Origin: Candidatus Limnocylindria bacterium
GTDB lineage: Bacteria; Chloroflexota; Limnocylindria; QHBO01
Assembly: GCA_036556695.1 (NCBI GenBank)
Contig: DATBIY010000013.1
Span: forward strand, 18,946-82,945
Length of the DNA: 64,000 nt
Direction of reading: 5' to 3'
The position numbers were made by a program, and so were the translations under genes. The notes under the pieces were generated by a model that was not told the DNA's origin, made no database searches, and saw only the letters and a list, made by a program, of their open reading frames with translations. This document shows positions 8,430 through 18,399 of the stretch, one piece after another (position 1 is the first letter of the stretch; every line of letters starts with the position of its first letter).

Positions 8430-10863
8430 GGGCGACCAGGGCCAGCCGCTGGCCGGCAGCGCGGCCGATGCCGGGACGCTCCGCGCGCTGGAGTTCGGCA
8501 CCGTCATCGAACAGCTGGCAGAGCTGACCTCCTTCGCACCGTCGCGCGAGCTGGCGCTCGACCTGCAGCCCGTGGCCAACGGCGAGCACGTGAGCCTGCT
8601 CCAGGACCAGACCGACGAGGCGGCCCAGCTGTTGCGCGAGCAGGCACAGACCAGCATCGGCGGAGCGCGCGACATCCGCGAGGCGCTGGGCCGGGCGCGG
8701 CGCGGAGGCCGCCTCACCGCCCAGGAGCTGCTGGACGTGGCCGAGACGGCGCGCGCCGCCGGTCTCTTCGCCGAGCGCCTCTCGGGCTGGGAGGGTGAAC
8801 AGCTCGGGGCGGTGCGCGCGGAGCTCGACGCGGCGCCGGAGCTGCGGGCGCGGATCGAGCGCAGCGTGGACGAGAGCGGCGAGGTGCTCGATTCCGCCTC
8901 ACCGGCGCTGGCCGCCATCCGCAAGCGGCTGCGCACCGCACAGGACCGGGTGCGCGAGCGGCTCAACGCCATGCTCCACTCCGCCGACCTGGCCGGGATC
9001 ATCGGCGAGCCGATCGTCACCGTCCGCAGCGGCCGCTACGTGATCCCGGTGCGCGCAGAAGCCAAGGGACGGCTGAAGGGCATCGTCCACGACCAGAGCG
9101 CGTCCGGCGCCACCCTGTTCATCGAGCCGATGGGGGTCGTCGAGCTGAACAACACCTGGACCCAGGCGACCATCGAGGCCGCGCGCGAGGAGGAGCGCAT
9201 CCTGGACGAGCTGTCGCGCGCGGTCGAGGCGCGCGCCGAGAGCCTGGCTGCCTCACTGCAGGCGCTGGCCCGTGCCGACCTGTGGCTGGCCCGGGCCCGC
9301 CTGGGCGAGCAGCAGGACGCCGTTCGCCCGCGGCTGGCCGATGACGCCATCGAGCTGCTGAGCGCCCGTCACCCGCTGCTGGGTCCGAAGGCGGTGCCCA
9401 TCGACGTGCGCCTGGGCGAGCGCTTCGGGTACCGGGCGCTGGTGGTCACCGGGCCGAACACCGGCGGCAAGACGGTGTCGCTGAAGACCATCGGCCTGCT
9501 GGCCCTCATGTACCAGGCCGGCCTGCGGGTGCCGGCCGCCGGAGGAGCCCGCCTGCCGGTCTTCAGCCGGGTGATGGCCGACATCGGCGACGAACAGAGC
9601 ATCGCGCAGTCGCTATCCACCTTCTCCAGCCACCTGCGCAACGTGGTGCGCTTCGCCGGCGCAGCCGGTCCGGGGACGCTGGTGCTCCTCGACGAGATCG
9701 GTGCCGGCACCGATCCAACGGAGGGATCGGCTTTGGCCATGGCGGTGGTCGAGGCGCTGCTGGCGTCCGGCGCCACCGTGGCCGCCACCACGCACTACGC
9801 CGAGCTCAAGACGTTCGCGCAGGACCACCCGATGGTTTCCAACGCATCCGTGGCCTTCGACGTGAAGACGCTGCGGCCCACGTATCGGCTGGAGATCGGC
9901 CTGCCGGGCAAGTCACAGGCCTTTGCCATCGCCGAGCGGCTGGGCCTGCCTCCCGAGATCCTGGCCGATGCGCGCTCGCGCCTGGCCGCAGAGCACGTGA
10001 CCATGGAGGAGACGCTGGCCGCCATTGCCCGAGCGCGCGAGGAGCGCGAGCGCGAGCTGGCCGAGGCCGAAACCGAGCGTGCCGCCGCCAGCCGCGAGCG
10101 CGAGCGCGCACGCAGCGGGGTCGGGCGGGCCCGGCAGGAGGCGGCCGCCATCCTGGGCGACGCACGGCGCGCGGCCGACGAGCTGCTGGCCCGCGCCGAG
10201 CGCGAGGTTGCCGAGGTGCGGCGCGAGCTGGTCCGGCAGCGCAACCTGGCGCGCGGACGCAGCGCTGCCGAGCGCTCGGCAGCCGCCGAATCGTTCGATC
10301 GCCTGGCGAGTCGCACTACGGAAGCGCGCAAGGCGGCACAGCGCGCTGCTCCGGCGTCGGAAGGTGAGGCAGGGAAGCCTGACGCCGCCACGGCAGAGGA
10401 AACCGTCCAGCCGCGCGTCGGGCTGCACGGGCGCAGTCGCACGCTGGGCAGCGTGGGACGCATCATCGAGGTCAGCGGCCGCACCGGCCGCGTCACGTTG
10501 CAGACTGACGACGCACGGGTCGTGATACCGGCCGACGACGTGGAAATCGTCCCGGAGCCGATCCGCGGACCTGCACCGCGCGACCTCGAGGCGGAGGATC
10601 TGCGTCGCCGGGCGGCGAGCCGCATCAGCCCGCAGCTCGACCTGCGCGGCGAGCGCGTCGAGGCGGCGCTCGAGCAGCTGGCTCAATACCTGGACGAGGC
10701 GCTGCTGGCCGGCCTGGACCAGGCGATCATCGTCCACGGCGCGGGAACGGGCGCACTGCGCCGCTCAATCCGGGAGTTCCTTGCCGAGCACCCGCGCGTG
10801 CGCTCGACGCGCAGCGGGCGGCGCGAGGAGGGCGGCGACGGGGCGACCGTCGCCGAGCTCTAG
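8404..10863 (+). CDS. mutS2: endonuclease MutS2 (MutS ATPase plus C-terminal Smr domain)
   Basis: Walker A GPNTGGKTV, MutS signature STFSSHL, C-terminal Smr (LDLRGERVEAAL ... IVHGAGTGALR). The ATG 8404 start overlaps the mpg end by 26 nt. The upstream part of ORF 8299 lies inside mpg. Confidence 0.9.
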   Translation: MTRTAPAAEGDQGQPLAGSAADAGTLRALEFGTVIEQLAELTSFAPSRELALDLQPVANGEHVSLLQDQTDEAAQLLREQAQTSIGGARDIREALGRARRGGRLTAQELLDVAETARAAGLFAERLSGWEGEQLGAVRAELDAAPELRARIERSVDESGEVLDSASPALAAIRKRLRTAQDRVRERLNAMLHSADLAGIIGEPIVTVRSGRYVIPVRAEAKGRLKGIVHDQSASGATLFIEPMGVVELNNTWTQATIEAAREEERILDELSRAVEARAESLAASLQALARADLWLARARLGEQQDAVRPRLADDAIELLSARHPLLGPKAVPIDVRLGERFGYRALVVTGPNTGGKTVSLKTIGLLALMYQAGLRVPAAGGARLPVFSRVMADIGDEQSIAQSLSTFSSHLRNVVRFAGAAGPGTLVLLDEIGAGTDPTEGSALAMAVVEALLASGATVAATTHYAELKTFAQDHPMVSNASVAFDVKTLRPTYRLEIGLPGKSQAFAIAERLGLPPEILADARSRLAAEHVTMEETLAAIARAREERERELAEAETERAAASRERERARSGVGRARQEAAAILGDARRAADELLARAEREVAEVRRELVRQRNLARGRSAAERSAAAESFDRLASRTTEARKAAQRAAPASEGEAGKPDAATAEETVQPRVGLHGRSRTLGSVGRIIEVSGRTGRVTLQTDDARVVIPADDVEIVPEPIRGPAPRDLEAEDLRRRAASRISPQLDLRGERVEAALEQLAQYLDEALLAGLDQAIIVHGAGTGALRRSIREFLAEHPRVRSTRSGRREEGGDGATVAEL

Positions 10864-10872
10864 CGCGGGACG

Positions 10873-13590
10873 CTAGCCGCCATTCCGACCGTCCTGAGCT
10901 CCCTCAGGGGTGGGGCTCGACGTCGGTCCCGGCGTGCCCGGGCCACCCGACGGGGTCGCCGGAGGCGGCGTGGGTATCGGCGTCGCCTCGGGCGTGGCGG
11001 ACGGCGTTGGGGTGGGGGATGGAGACGGCGTGGACGTGGGGATCTCGCCAGGCGTGCACCGCTCGGTGGGCGCCAGCGGATAGCGCATCGAGGGCGCCGG
11101 AGCGCGCCTCAAGCCGCTTTCCCGGCCTCTCCACTCGGCGATCCACTCATGGTTGGCCTGTTCCCACGTTTCGTGATGTGACTCCCAGCCGGCCAGGTCG
11201 ATGTAGATCCGTCCCTGGTTCGTGCTGTTCGGGTCGCCGCAGCCCTCCTGCCAGATCTTCCCGGTCTCCGCCTCGAGGCGCATGCGCTGATGCACCGTGT
11301 CCTCGTCATTCGGCACGTTGGACTCGGCGAAGATCTCGTTCACCGTCTGGTCGGTCAGCGGCCCGGGCAGCATGCCGCTGATGGCGTCCACCTCCCGCTC
11401 CACGATGCCGTCCGGTCGCGGGAATTCGCGTACCGGGAGGTCCAGGGTATCGGTCACCTCGGCCATGTAGTCGTGCCAGATGAACGTCGGACCGTCGGCA
11501 GCGAAGACATCGGCGATGCGGGAGAAGTCGCTGTTGCCGACCCACACGCCTGTCACCAGGGCGCCCTCCGCCTGCGTGGGGTCAGAGTCAGGTGCCAGGT
11601 AGCCGAACGCCTGGAGGTCGCGGAAGTCGTTGGTGGTGCCGGTCTTCAGCGTGGCCGGTCGGCGACCATCGGAGGTCAGCAGCTGGAAGCGCTGGCCCCA
11701 GATCGAGTTCTGGGCGGGATCCGTGTTGTCGGCCAGGATGTCGGTGACCAGGTAGGCGGCCTGCTCCGACATCACGCGCTGCGGCTGCGGCGCGTCCTGG
11801 CTGTGGTCGTAGATCACCGTTCCGCTGCGGTCGGTGATCTTTTCGATCAGATACGTGGGCGCCAGCACGCCGCCGTTGGCAAGGGCGCCATAGGCAGCAG
11901 CCAGGTCCAGCTGGTGCACGCCGATCGTCCCGAGCGTGAGGGACGGCACCGCCACGCCGCCCGCCTGCCTTTCCTGGCGCGGGTCCCATTCCAGGCCCAG
12001 GCGCTCGGCCATCTCGACCACGTTCTCAGTCCCGATGAGCTGCTGCGCCTTCGCAACCGGGATGTTCCACGAGTACTTCAGGGCGTCGCGCACCCGGACC
12101 GGGCCACGCTCGCCGCCGTCGGCGTTGGGCACGGAGTAGCCGTCCACGATCTCGCCGCGCACGTCCATGAACATGGTGGCCGGCGTGATGACCCCGCGCT
12201 CGAATCCGGTGGCATACGTGATGGGCTTGAAGGCCGAGCCGGACTGGCGGTAGCCCTGCCCTACGACGTCGAACGCCGGCTGGTGCGCGTCGGTCGAGCG
12301 ACCGTAGTAGTTCGACGAGCCAACATAGGCCACCACCGCGCCGCTGCGGTAGTTCAGCGTCACCAGGGCGTCGTTGTTGATGTTGCGGCCCTGCAGCTGC
12401 TTGATCCAGCCCAGCGCGGCGGGTCCGTACTTGTCGGCCAGCCGCTCGTCGCTCAGGCGATCCATGTCGTACGCGACGCCGGCCCACTTCTCGGCCGAGC
12501 GCTGAAAGTCGCGATATTGCAGCGTGGTGTCGATCACCAGCCCGCCGCGGTCGAGCAGGTCTTCGTTGCCCAGCAGCTCGGCTGCCTCACGTCGCACGGC
12601 GTAGACGAAATGCGGGGCCCGATAGCGTCGCTCGCGCTGTGGCGCCAGGACGATCTCCTCGCGCGCCGCCTCGTCCGCCTCCTGCTGGGTGACGTAGTCG
12701 GCGTCGACCATGTTGCGCAGCACCAGTCCCTGGGTCAGCTTCGCGCCTGCGCTGTCCGGCACGACCAGCACCATGCGGCCATTTCGCCGCTCCTCCGCGG
12801 CCTCCTTCGTCGGGTCCAGCCGCGATGGCGCGCGGACGAGGGACACGAGCATGGAGGCCTCGCCCAAAGTGAGCTCGTCGTCCGGGTCGTCGGAGGTGAT
12901 GTCCTTGCCGAAGTAGGCTCGCGCGGCGGCCTTGATGCCGTACGCGTTGTTGCCGTAGTAGACCTGGTTCATGTACATCGCCAGGATCTGTTCCTTGCCC
13001 TCCTGGCCGGCGTAGTGGTCGCCGACCCGCAGAGCCAGGATCGCCTCCTTGATCTTCCGTTCCAAGATCCGGTCCGGATCGGCCATGAGGTCGGCGTCGA
13101 AGAGGCGGATGCGCACCAGCTGCTGGCAGATGGTCGATGCGCCCGACACGATGTCGTCGGCGGTGAAGTTCTGGTAGGCAGCGCGCAGGATGCCGCGGAA
13201 GTCGATGCACGGGTTGGTCCAGAAGGTCTTGTCTTCGGCCGCAACCTGCGCGTCGATCAGAAGCTGCGGGATCTGGTCGAAGTCGACGGACTCGCGCTGC
13301 TCGGCGGCGAAGCTGGCGAGCTCCACGCCATCGGCCGACATGACCCGGGAGCCCTCGTCGAGGTTGAAGGTCTCGAGATCGGTGACTTGCGGCAGGCCGG
13401 TGGTGTAGGCGGCGTAGACGCCCAGCAGGCCGATGAACAGGGCCGCACCCATGGCAGCGAACGCCGCCAGGATGACGGCCGGCAGCACGGCGAACCCACC
13501 GGAGCCTGCGCGGGCACCCGGAGACGATCGGGCGGCGGGTCGGGAGGGGTAGGCGCCACGCGGCGCGCGACGGGACGTGGGTCGGGGCAT
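10873..13590 (-). CDS. class A penicillin-binding protein (glycosyltransferase + transpeptidase) with Pro/Thr-rich C-terminal tail
   Basis: N-terminal TM segment. GT51 motifs (AAEDKTFW, GASTICQQLVR, KEQILAMYMNQVYYG) and transpeptidase SxxK (SGSAFKP). 905 aa. Confidence 0.88.
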   Translation of the reverse strand: MPRPTSRRAPRGAYPSRPAARSSPGARAGSGGFAVLPAVILAAFAAMGAALFIGLLGVYAAYTTGLPQVTDLETFNLDEGSRVMSADGVELASFAAEQRESVDFDQIPQLLIDAQVAAEDKTFWTNPCIDFRGILRAAYQNFTADDIVSGASTICQQLVRIRLFDADLMADPDRILERKIKEAILALRVGDHYAGQEGKEQILAMYMNQVYYGNNAYGIKAAARAYFGKDITSDDPDDELTLGEASMLVSLVRAPSRLDPTKEAAEERRNGRMVLVVPDSAGAKLTQGLVLRNMVDADYVTQQEADEAAREEIVLAPQRERRYRAPHFVYAVRREAAELLGNEDLLDRGGLVIDTTLQYRDFQRSAEKWAGVAYDMDRLSDERLADKYGPAALGWIKQLQGRNINNDALVTLNYRSGAVVAYVGSSNYYGRSTDAHQPAFDVVGQGYRQSGSAFKPITYATGFERGVITPATMFMDVRGEIVDGYSVPNADGGERGPVRVRDALKYSWNIPVAKAQQLIGTENVVEMAERLGLEWDPRQERQAGGVAVPSLTLGTIGVHQLDLAAAYGALANGGVLAPTYLIEKITDRSGTVIYDHSQDAPQPQRVMSEQAAYLVTDILADNTDPAQNSIWGQRFQLLTSDGRRPATLKTGTTNDFRDLQAFGYLAPDSDPTQAEGALVTGVWVGNSDFSRIADVFAADGPTFIWHDYMAEVTDTLDLPVREFPRPDGIVEREVDAISGMLPGPLTDQTVNEIFAESNVPNDEDTVHQRMRLEAETGKIWQEGCGDPNSTNQGRIYIDLAGWESHHETWEQANHEWIAEWRGRESGLRRAPAPSMRYPLAPTERCTPGEIPTSTPSPSPTPTPSATPEATPIPTPPPATPSGGPGTPGPTSSPTPEGAQDGRNGG

Positions 13591-13599
13591 CGGTTGGCG

Positions 13600-13608
13600 A
13601 CGATAGCA
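13600..13608 (-). promoter_or_regulatory. extended -10 (TGCTATCGT on the minus strand), 9 nt upstream of the PBP ATG
   Basis: Minus strand reads TGCTATCGT-cgccaaccg-ATG. No SD in between. Confidence 0.4.
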
Positions 13609-13625
13609 CGGACCGTGCCCGCCCC

Positions 13626-13631
13626 TATACT
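13626..13631 (+). promoter_or_regulatory. -10 box TATACT, 9 nt upstream of the tyrS ATG (leaderless or near-leaderless)
   Basis: TATACT-cgcaagccc-ATG. No SD. Only 50 bp separate the divergent PBP and tyrS starts. Confidence 0.45.
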
Positions 13632-13640
13632 CGCAAGCCC

Positions 13641-14909
13641 ATGACTGCCGCCATCCTGGAGGACCTCCGCTGGCGCGGATTGCTGGCCCTCACCACCGAC
13701 GAGGCTGCCCTGGACGCCGCCCTGTCCTCCGGGCCGATCACCTTCTACTGCGGCTTCGACCCCACGGCTGAATCGCTCCATTTCGGCAACCTGGTGCAGC
13801 TCGTCACCATGCGCCGGTTCCAGGAGGCAGGCCACCACCCCATTGCCGTGGTCGGAGGGGCGACCGGGCTGGTCGGCGACCCGAGCGGCAAGTCGGCCGA
13901 GCGCGTGCTGAACGAGGTCGACGTGGTCGAGGCCTGGGTGGAGCGCATCCGCTCGCAGATCGTGCACCTGCTGCCCATGGAGGGCGACAACCCGGTCCGC
14001 GTGGTGAACAACCTGGACTGGACCGGAGGGATGACCGCGCTGGGTTTCCTGCGCGACATCGGCAAGCACTTCAGCGTGGCGCGGATGCTGTCCAAGGAGG
14101 CGGTCAGCGCCCGCATGAGCGACGAGGGCATCAGCTACACCGAGTTCAGTTACCAGATCCTGCAGGCGCTCGACTACCTCGAGCTCTACCGACGCCACGG
14201 CACCACCCTCCAGACCGGCGGCTCGGACCAATGGGGCAACCTGACGGCCGGGGTGGATCTCATCCGGCGGGTTGAGGGCGCATCGGTCCATGCGCTGGCG
14301 ACGCCGCTGATCACGCGTGCCGATGGCACGAAGTACGGCAAGACGGAGACGGATGCCATCTGGCTGGACCCGGCCATGACCTCGCCGTACGCCTTCTACC
14401 AGTACTTCCTCAACCAGGCCGATGACGACGTCGGCTCACTGTTGCGCACCTTCAGCTTCCGCTCACGCGAGGAGATCCTGTCGCTCGAGACGGCCGCCCG
14501 GGAGCGCCCCCAGGCGCGGGAGGCGCAGCAGGTCCTGGCCCAGGATCTAACCGCGCTGTTGCACGGGGAGGAGGAGGCCCGACGCGCGATCGCCGCCAGC
14601 CAAGCGATCTTCGGCCAGGGCGAGCTGCGCGACCTGGACGCGGCGACCCTGTCCGGCGTGGCCGAGTCGCTGCCACGCGGGACCGTGGACGCCGGCGCTT
14701 CGGTCATCGACCTGCTGCTCGCCACCGGGCAGGTACGGAGCCGCTCCGACGCGCGCCGCCTGGCGGCCGACGGCGGGGTCTACGTCAACAACCAGCGCGT
14801 GACCGATCCCGAGGCGCGGGTGGCGGCGTCAGACCTCCTGCACGGCCGCTGGGTGGTGATTCGTCGCGGCCGGCGCAGCGTGGCGGTGGCCGAGGTGGCC
14901 GGCGCCTAG
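13641..14909 (+). CDS. tyrS: tyrosine--tRNA ligase
   Basis: Class I motifs (FYCGFDPTAESLHFGNL = HIGH region; KYGKTE = KMSKS-like region) and a C-terminal S4-like domain. Confidence 0.95.
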   Translation: MTAAILEDLRWRGLLALTTDEAALDAALSSGPITFYCGFDPTAESLHFGNLVQLVTMRRFQEAGHHPIAVVGGATGLVGDPSGKSAERVLNEVDVVEAWVERIRSQIVHLLPMEGDNPVRVVNNLDWTGGMTALGFLRDIGKHFSVARMLSKEAVSARMSDEGISYTEFSYQILQALDYLELYRRHGTTLQTGGSDQWGNLTAGVDLIRRVEGASVHALATPLITRADGTKYGKTETDAIWLDPAMTSPYAFYQYFLNQADDDVGSLLRTFSFRSREEILSLETAARERPQAREAQQVLAQDLTALLHGEEEARRAIAASQAIFGQGELRDLDAATLSGVAESLPRGTVDAGASVIDLLLATGQVRSRSDARRLAADGGVYVNNQRVTDPEARVAASDLLHGRWVVIRRGRRSVAVAEVAGA

Positions 14910-16981
14910 TGCTTCTCGCCGGCCCCCACCTTGCTGGCGTGCTCGGCGATCACCTTCTCCGCCACGTTGTGCGGAACCTCCGCGTAGTGGTCCAGCGTCC
15001 AGCTGAAGCGGCCGCGGCCCTGGGTGATGGACCGCAGCTCGGTGGCGTAGTGGAACATCTCCGCCTGCGGGACCTGCGCACGCAGCTGCTGCATCCCGTT
15101 GTTCGAGTCCATGCCCAGCACGTGGCCGCGCTTGGCGGTGATCTGGCCCATCACGTCGCCCATGTACTCGTCCGGGACGGTGACCTCCACCTCCAGGATC
15201 GGCTCCAGCAGGACGGGGTTGGCCTCGGGGAACGCACGCTTCAGCGCCTGCGAGGCGGCCACCTTGAAGGCCATCTCCGACGAGTCGACAGTGTGGTAGC
15301 TGCCGTCAACCAGCGTGGCCTTCATGTCGACCACAGGGAAGCCGGCCAGCACGCCCTCGGCCATCGCCTCGCGCAGGCCCTTCTCCACGGCCGGGATGTA
15401 CTGCTTCGGAACTACGCCGCCCACGATTCGGTCGCCGAACTGGAAGCCGGAGCCTGATTCGAGCGGCTCGAACTCGATGACCACGTGCCCGAACTGGCCA
15501 TGGCCGCCGGTCTGGCGCTTGAAGCGGTTGTCGATCTTGGTGGGCTTGCGAATGGTCTCCCGATACGGCACCCGCGGCGTGCCGGTCTTCACCGCCGCAC
15601 CGAACTTGCGCTTCAGCCGCTCGATGATGACGTCGACATGGGCGTCGCCCATGGCGGTCAGGATCGTCTCGCCGGTGCTCTCCTCGCGGTGCACGCGCAT
15701 CATCGGCTCCTCCTCGAGCATGCGCTGCAGCGCCTGGCCCAGCTTGTCGAGATCGGCCTTCGACTCCGGCTCGATGCTGACCTGCAGCGTCGGCTCCGGG
15801 AAGCTGAGCTTGGGGAGCTCGAGCGCGTGGGCGCGGTCGGAGACCAGGGTGTCGCCGATCTGGGTGCTGGCCAGCTTGGCGACCGCAGCGATGTCGCCCG
15901 GTCCTGCGCTGGGCATGTTCGTCTGCTCCTTGCCCAGCAGCCCCAGGATGTTGCCGATGCGCTCCTCTTCCCTGCGCGTGGCGTTCCACAGGTGGTCCTG
16001 CGGGCGCAGCGTGCCGGAGACCACGCGGAAGTAGGTGAGCCGTCCGACGAACGGGTCGGCAATGGTCTTGAAGACCTGCGCCACGAGCGGCTGTGACGGA
16101 TCGGGCGTGAGCTCCTTGCCGTCGGCGGTGGCGCGCGCGCCGACTTCGGCGGCCGACGGCACGTGCTTGGCGATCATGTTCGTCAGCTCGCGCACGCCAA
16201 TGTTCTTCAGCGCGCTGCCCACGAAGACCGGCACCACGCTGCCCTCGCGCGTGCCTTTGTGCAGCGCCGCCTCGATCTCCTCGTCGGAGATCTCCTCGCC
16301 CTCGAGGTACTTGTTCATCAGCTCGTCCGACGCCTCGGCCGCCGCCTCGACCAGGGCCTCGCGCCGCTGCTCCTCGCCCGACTGCATTTCGTCGGGGATC
16401 GGCGCCTCCTTCGGCGTGCCGCCCTCGTAGACGTTGGCGTGCTGCTCGATGACGTCCACGTAGCCGCGAAAACTCTCGGCGGAGCCGATGGGCAGGTACA
16501 CCGGCGCGATCTTCGGGCCGAAGCGCGCCTTCAGTTGATCCAGGACCGCGTCGAAGTTCGCGTTCTCGCGATCCATCTTGTTGATGAAGATGAAGCGCGG
16601 CAGCTTCCGCTCCTCGGCCATGCGCCACACGGCCTCGGTGCCGACCTCGACGCCAGCGCTGGCGTCGATGACCACGATCGCGGCATCAACCGCGGCCAGC
16701 GCCTCGATGACATCGGCCTGAAAGTCGGCGTAGCCCGGTGTGTCGACCAGGGTGATGCGGGCGTTGCCGGCCTCGAGCGTGCCAACGGCCAGGTTGATGC
16801 TCTGCTTGCGCTTCTCCTCGTCAGGGTCGTGGTCCAGCGTGGCCGTGCCGGCGTCCACGCTGCCGAGTCGCTGGATGGCGCCGGCATCGAAGAGCATCGC
16901 CTCTGCGAGGCTGGTCTTGCCGGCGCCACCGTGGGAGATGAGGGCGACGTTCCGAATCCTGTCAGGGGTGGTCGGCTTCAT
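14906..16981 (-). CDS. elongation factor G family GTPase (EF-G paralog outside the str operon)
   Basis: G-domain motifs (ISHGGAGKTSLAEAM, LVDTPGYADF, NKMD) and domains II-V. AAGGAG SD 5 nt before the ATG. The 3' end overlaps the tyrS stop by 4 nt (convergent). Confidence 0.9.
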   Translation of the reverse strand: MKPTTPDRIRNVALISHGGAGKTSLAEAMLFDAGAIQRLGSVDAGTATLDHDPDEEKRKQSINLAVGTLEAGNARITLVDTPGYADFQADVIEALAAVDAAIVVIDASAGVEVGTEAVWRMAEERKLPRFIFINKMDRENANFDAVLDQLKARFGPKIAPVYLPIGSAESFRGYVDVIEQHANVYEGGTPKEAPIPDEMQSGEEQRREALVEAAAEASDELMNKYLEGEEISDEEIEAALHKGTREGSVVPVFVGSALKNIGVRELTNMIAKHVPSAAEVGARATADGKELTPDPSQPLVAQVFKTIADPFVGRLTYFRVVSGTLRPQDHLWNATRREEERIGNILGLLGKEQTNMPSAGPGDIAAVAKLASTQIGDTLVSDRAHALELPKLSFPEPTLQVSIEPESKADLDKLGQALQRMLEEEPMMRVHREESTGETILTAMGDAHVDVIIERLKRKFGAAVKTGTPRVPYRETIRKPTKIDNRFKRQTGGHGQFGHVVIEFEPLESGSGFQFGDRIVGGVVPKQYIPAVEKGLREAMAEGVLAGFPVVDMKATLVDGSYHTVDSSEMAFKVAASQALKRAFPEANPVLLEPILEVEVTVPDEYMGDVMGQITAKRGHVLGMDSNNGMQQLRAQVPQAEMFHYATELRSITQGRGRFSWTLDHYAEVPHNVAEKVIAEHASKVGAGEKH

Positions 16982-17161
16982 CGGAGCTCCTTATCGCGCG
17001 CTGGAACGCAGCGAGACGCCGAGGCCGATCCGCCTCGAGCGGTCACGGGCCAATTCAGGGAGCGCCATTATAGGGAGCCTCCGCCGGCCTTTCGACCACG
17101 CGAACCAGGCCTTGCCCGAGGTCTGGCCAAGGGGCCGGTCGGCGATGCATCATCACCGCCC

Positions 17162-17560
17162 ATGGCCCAGCATCCGATCGAGCTGATCCTCACCCGCCAG
17201 CTGGCGAGCTACCTCGCCACGCCCATGTTCCTGGTGGGCCCGGAGGGGGAGCTGCTCTTCTACAACGAGCCGGCGGAGGCGCTGCTGGGCTTCAGCTTCG
17301 ACGAGGCGCTCGAGATTCCGCTTGACGAGTGGGCCACTGCCTACGAGCTGTACGACACCCAAACCGGCGAGCCGCTGGGGCAGGATCGCTTCCCGGTGGT
17401 AACGGCGCTGCGCGAGCGGCGGCCGCACCACACCTCGCTGATCTACGGCCGCCCGGACGGCGGCCGGGTGCCCATCGTGGTGACCAGCACGCCGCTCATC
17501 GGCGGCGGCGGCGAGCTGCTGGGGGCGCTCGCCCTCTTCTGGCAGGACGGGCCGGCGTGA
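17162..17560 (+). CDS. stand-alone PAS domain protein
   Basis: 132 aa with a PAS-like pattern (MFLVGPEGELLFYNEPAEALLGFSFDEA ... PIVVTSTPL). The upstream part of ORF 16163..17560 is antisense to EF-G and was rejected. Confidence 0.65.
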   Translation: MAQHPIELILTRQLASYLATPMFLVGPEGELLFYNEPAEALLGFSFDEALEIPLDEWATAYELYDTQTGEPLGQDRFPVVTALRERRPHHTSLIYGRPDGGRVPIVVTSTPLIGGGGELLGALALFWQDGPA

Positions 17561-18399
17561 GGGTCGCGGTGTGGGGCACGCGCGGGTCCCTGGCCGCGCC
17601 CGGCACCGAGACGATTCGGTATGGCGGCAACACCTCGTCGGTGCTGGTGGTCGGCTCGGAGGGCGAGCACGTCATCCTGGACGCCGGCACCGGCATCCGA
17701 CCGCTGGGACTGGCGCTGCCTGAAGACGTGACGCGCATCGACGTCCTGGTCACCCACCTGCACATGGACCACGTACAGGGCCTCGGCTTCTTCGGGCCGC
17801 TCTTCAATCCAGACGTGGAGATTCACATCTGGGGCCCACCCTCCACCACCATGTCGCTTCACAGCCGCCTGAGCCGATACCTGTCGCCGCCGCTCTTCCC
17901 GGTGAGACTGCGCGACATGCCACGGCTGCCCGAGCTGCACGACGCGCGGCACTACTTCCGCATCGGCAGCCTGCGGGTGCGGGCGGACCGGATCTGCCAT
18001 CCGGGCTCGACGATCGGCTACCGGGTCACGGATCCCAACGGCTCGTGCCTGGCCTATCTGCCCGACCACGAGCCGGCACTCGGACACCGGCACTTTCCGG
18101 GGTCGGGCGACTGGACGTCGGGCTTCGACCTGGTGCGGCACGCCGACCTGCTGATCCACGACGCGCAGTACACCGATGCGGAGTACCCCGACCACGTGGG
18201 GTGGGGCCACTCGTCGCTGAGCCATCTCGCGGCGCTGGCATCGCTGGCGGGCGTGCGCCAGCTCATGCCCTTCCACCACGACCCCAGTCACGGCGACGAA
18301 CAGCTGGACGCCATGCTGGCCGAGGTGGGCGAGCGGGCGTCGACCGTGGAGGTCGTGGCGGGACGCGAGGGCGCGAGCTTCGAGGTGGCGCGAGGTTAG
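17557..18399 (+). CDS. MBL-fold metallo-hydrolase (Lactamase_B_2 type, candidate phosphodiesterase)
   Basis: GTG 17557 overlaps the PAS gene stop (GTGA). Motifs WGTRGS, YGGNTSS, ILDAGTG, HLHMDHVQG (HxHxDH). Confidence 0.8.
   Translation: MRVAVWGTRGSLAAPGTETIRYGGNTSSVLVVGSEGEHVILDAGTGIRPLGLALPEDVTRIDVLVTHLHMDHVQGLGFFGPLFNPDVEIHIWGPPSTTMSLHSRLSRYLSPPLFPVRLRDMPRLPELHDARHYFRIGSLRVRADRICHPGSTIGYRVTDPNGSCLAYLPDHEPALGHRHFPGSGDWTSGFDLVRHADLLIHDAQYTDAEYPDHVGWGHSSLSHLAALASLAGVRQLMPFHHDPSHGDEQLDAMLAEVGERASTVEVVAGREGASFEVARG

Noticed and set aside
13591-13640. T-box leader for tyrS (and likewise for pheS at 3545-3605)
   Set aside because: The gaps are only 50 and 61 nt, far too short for a T-box (>180 nt). 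No specifier or T-box sequence is present.
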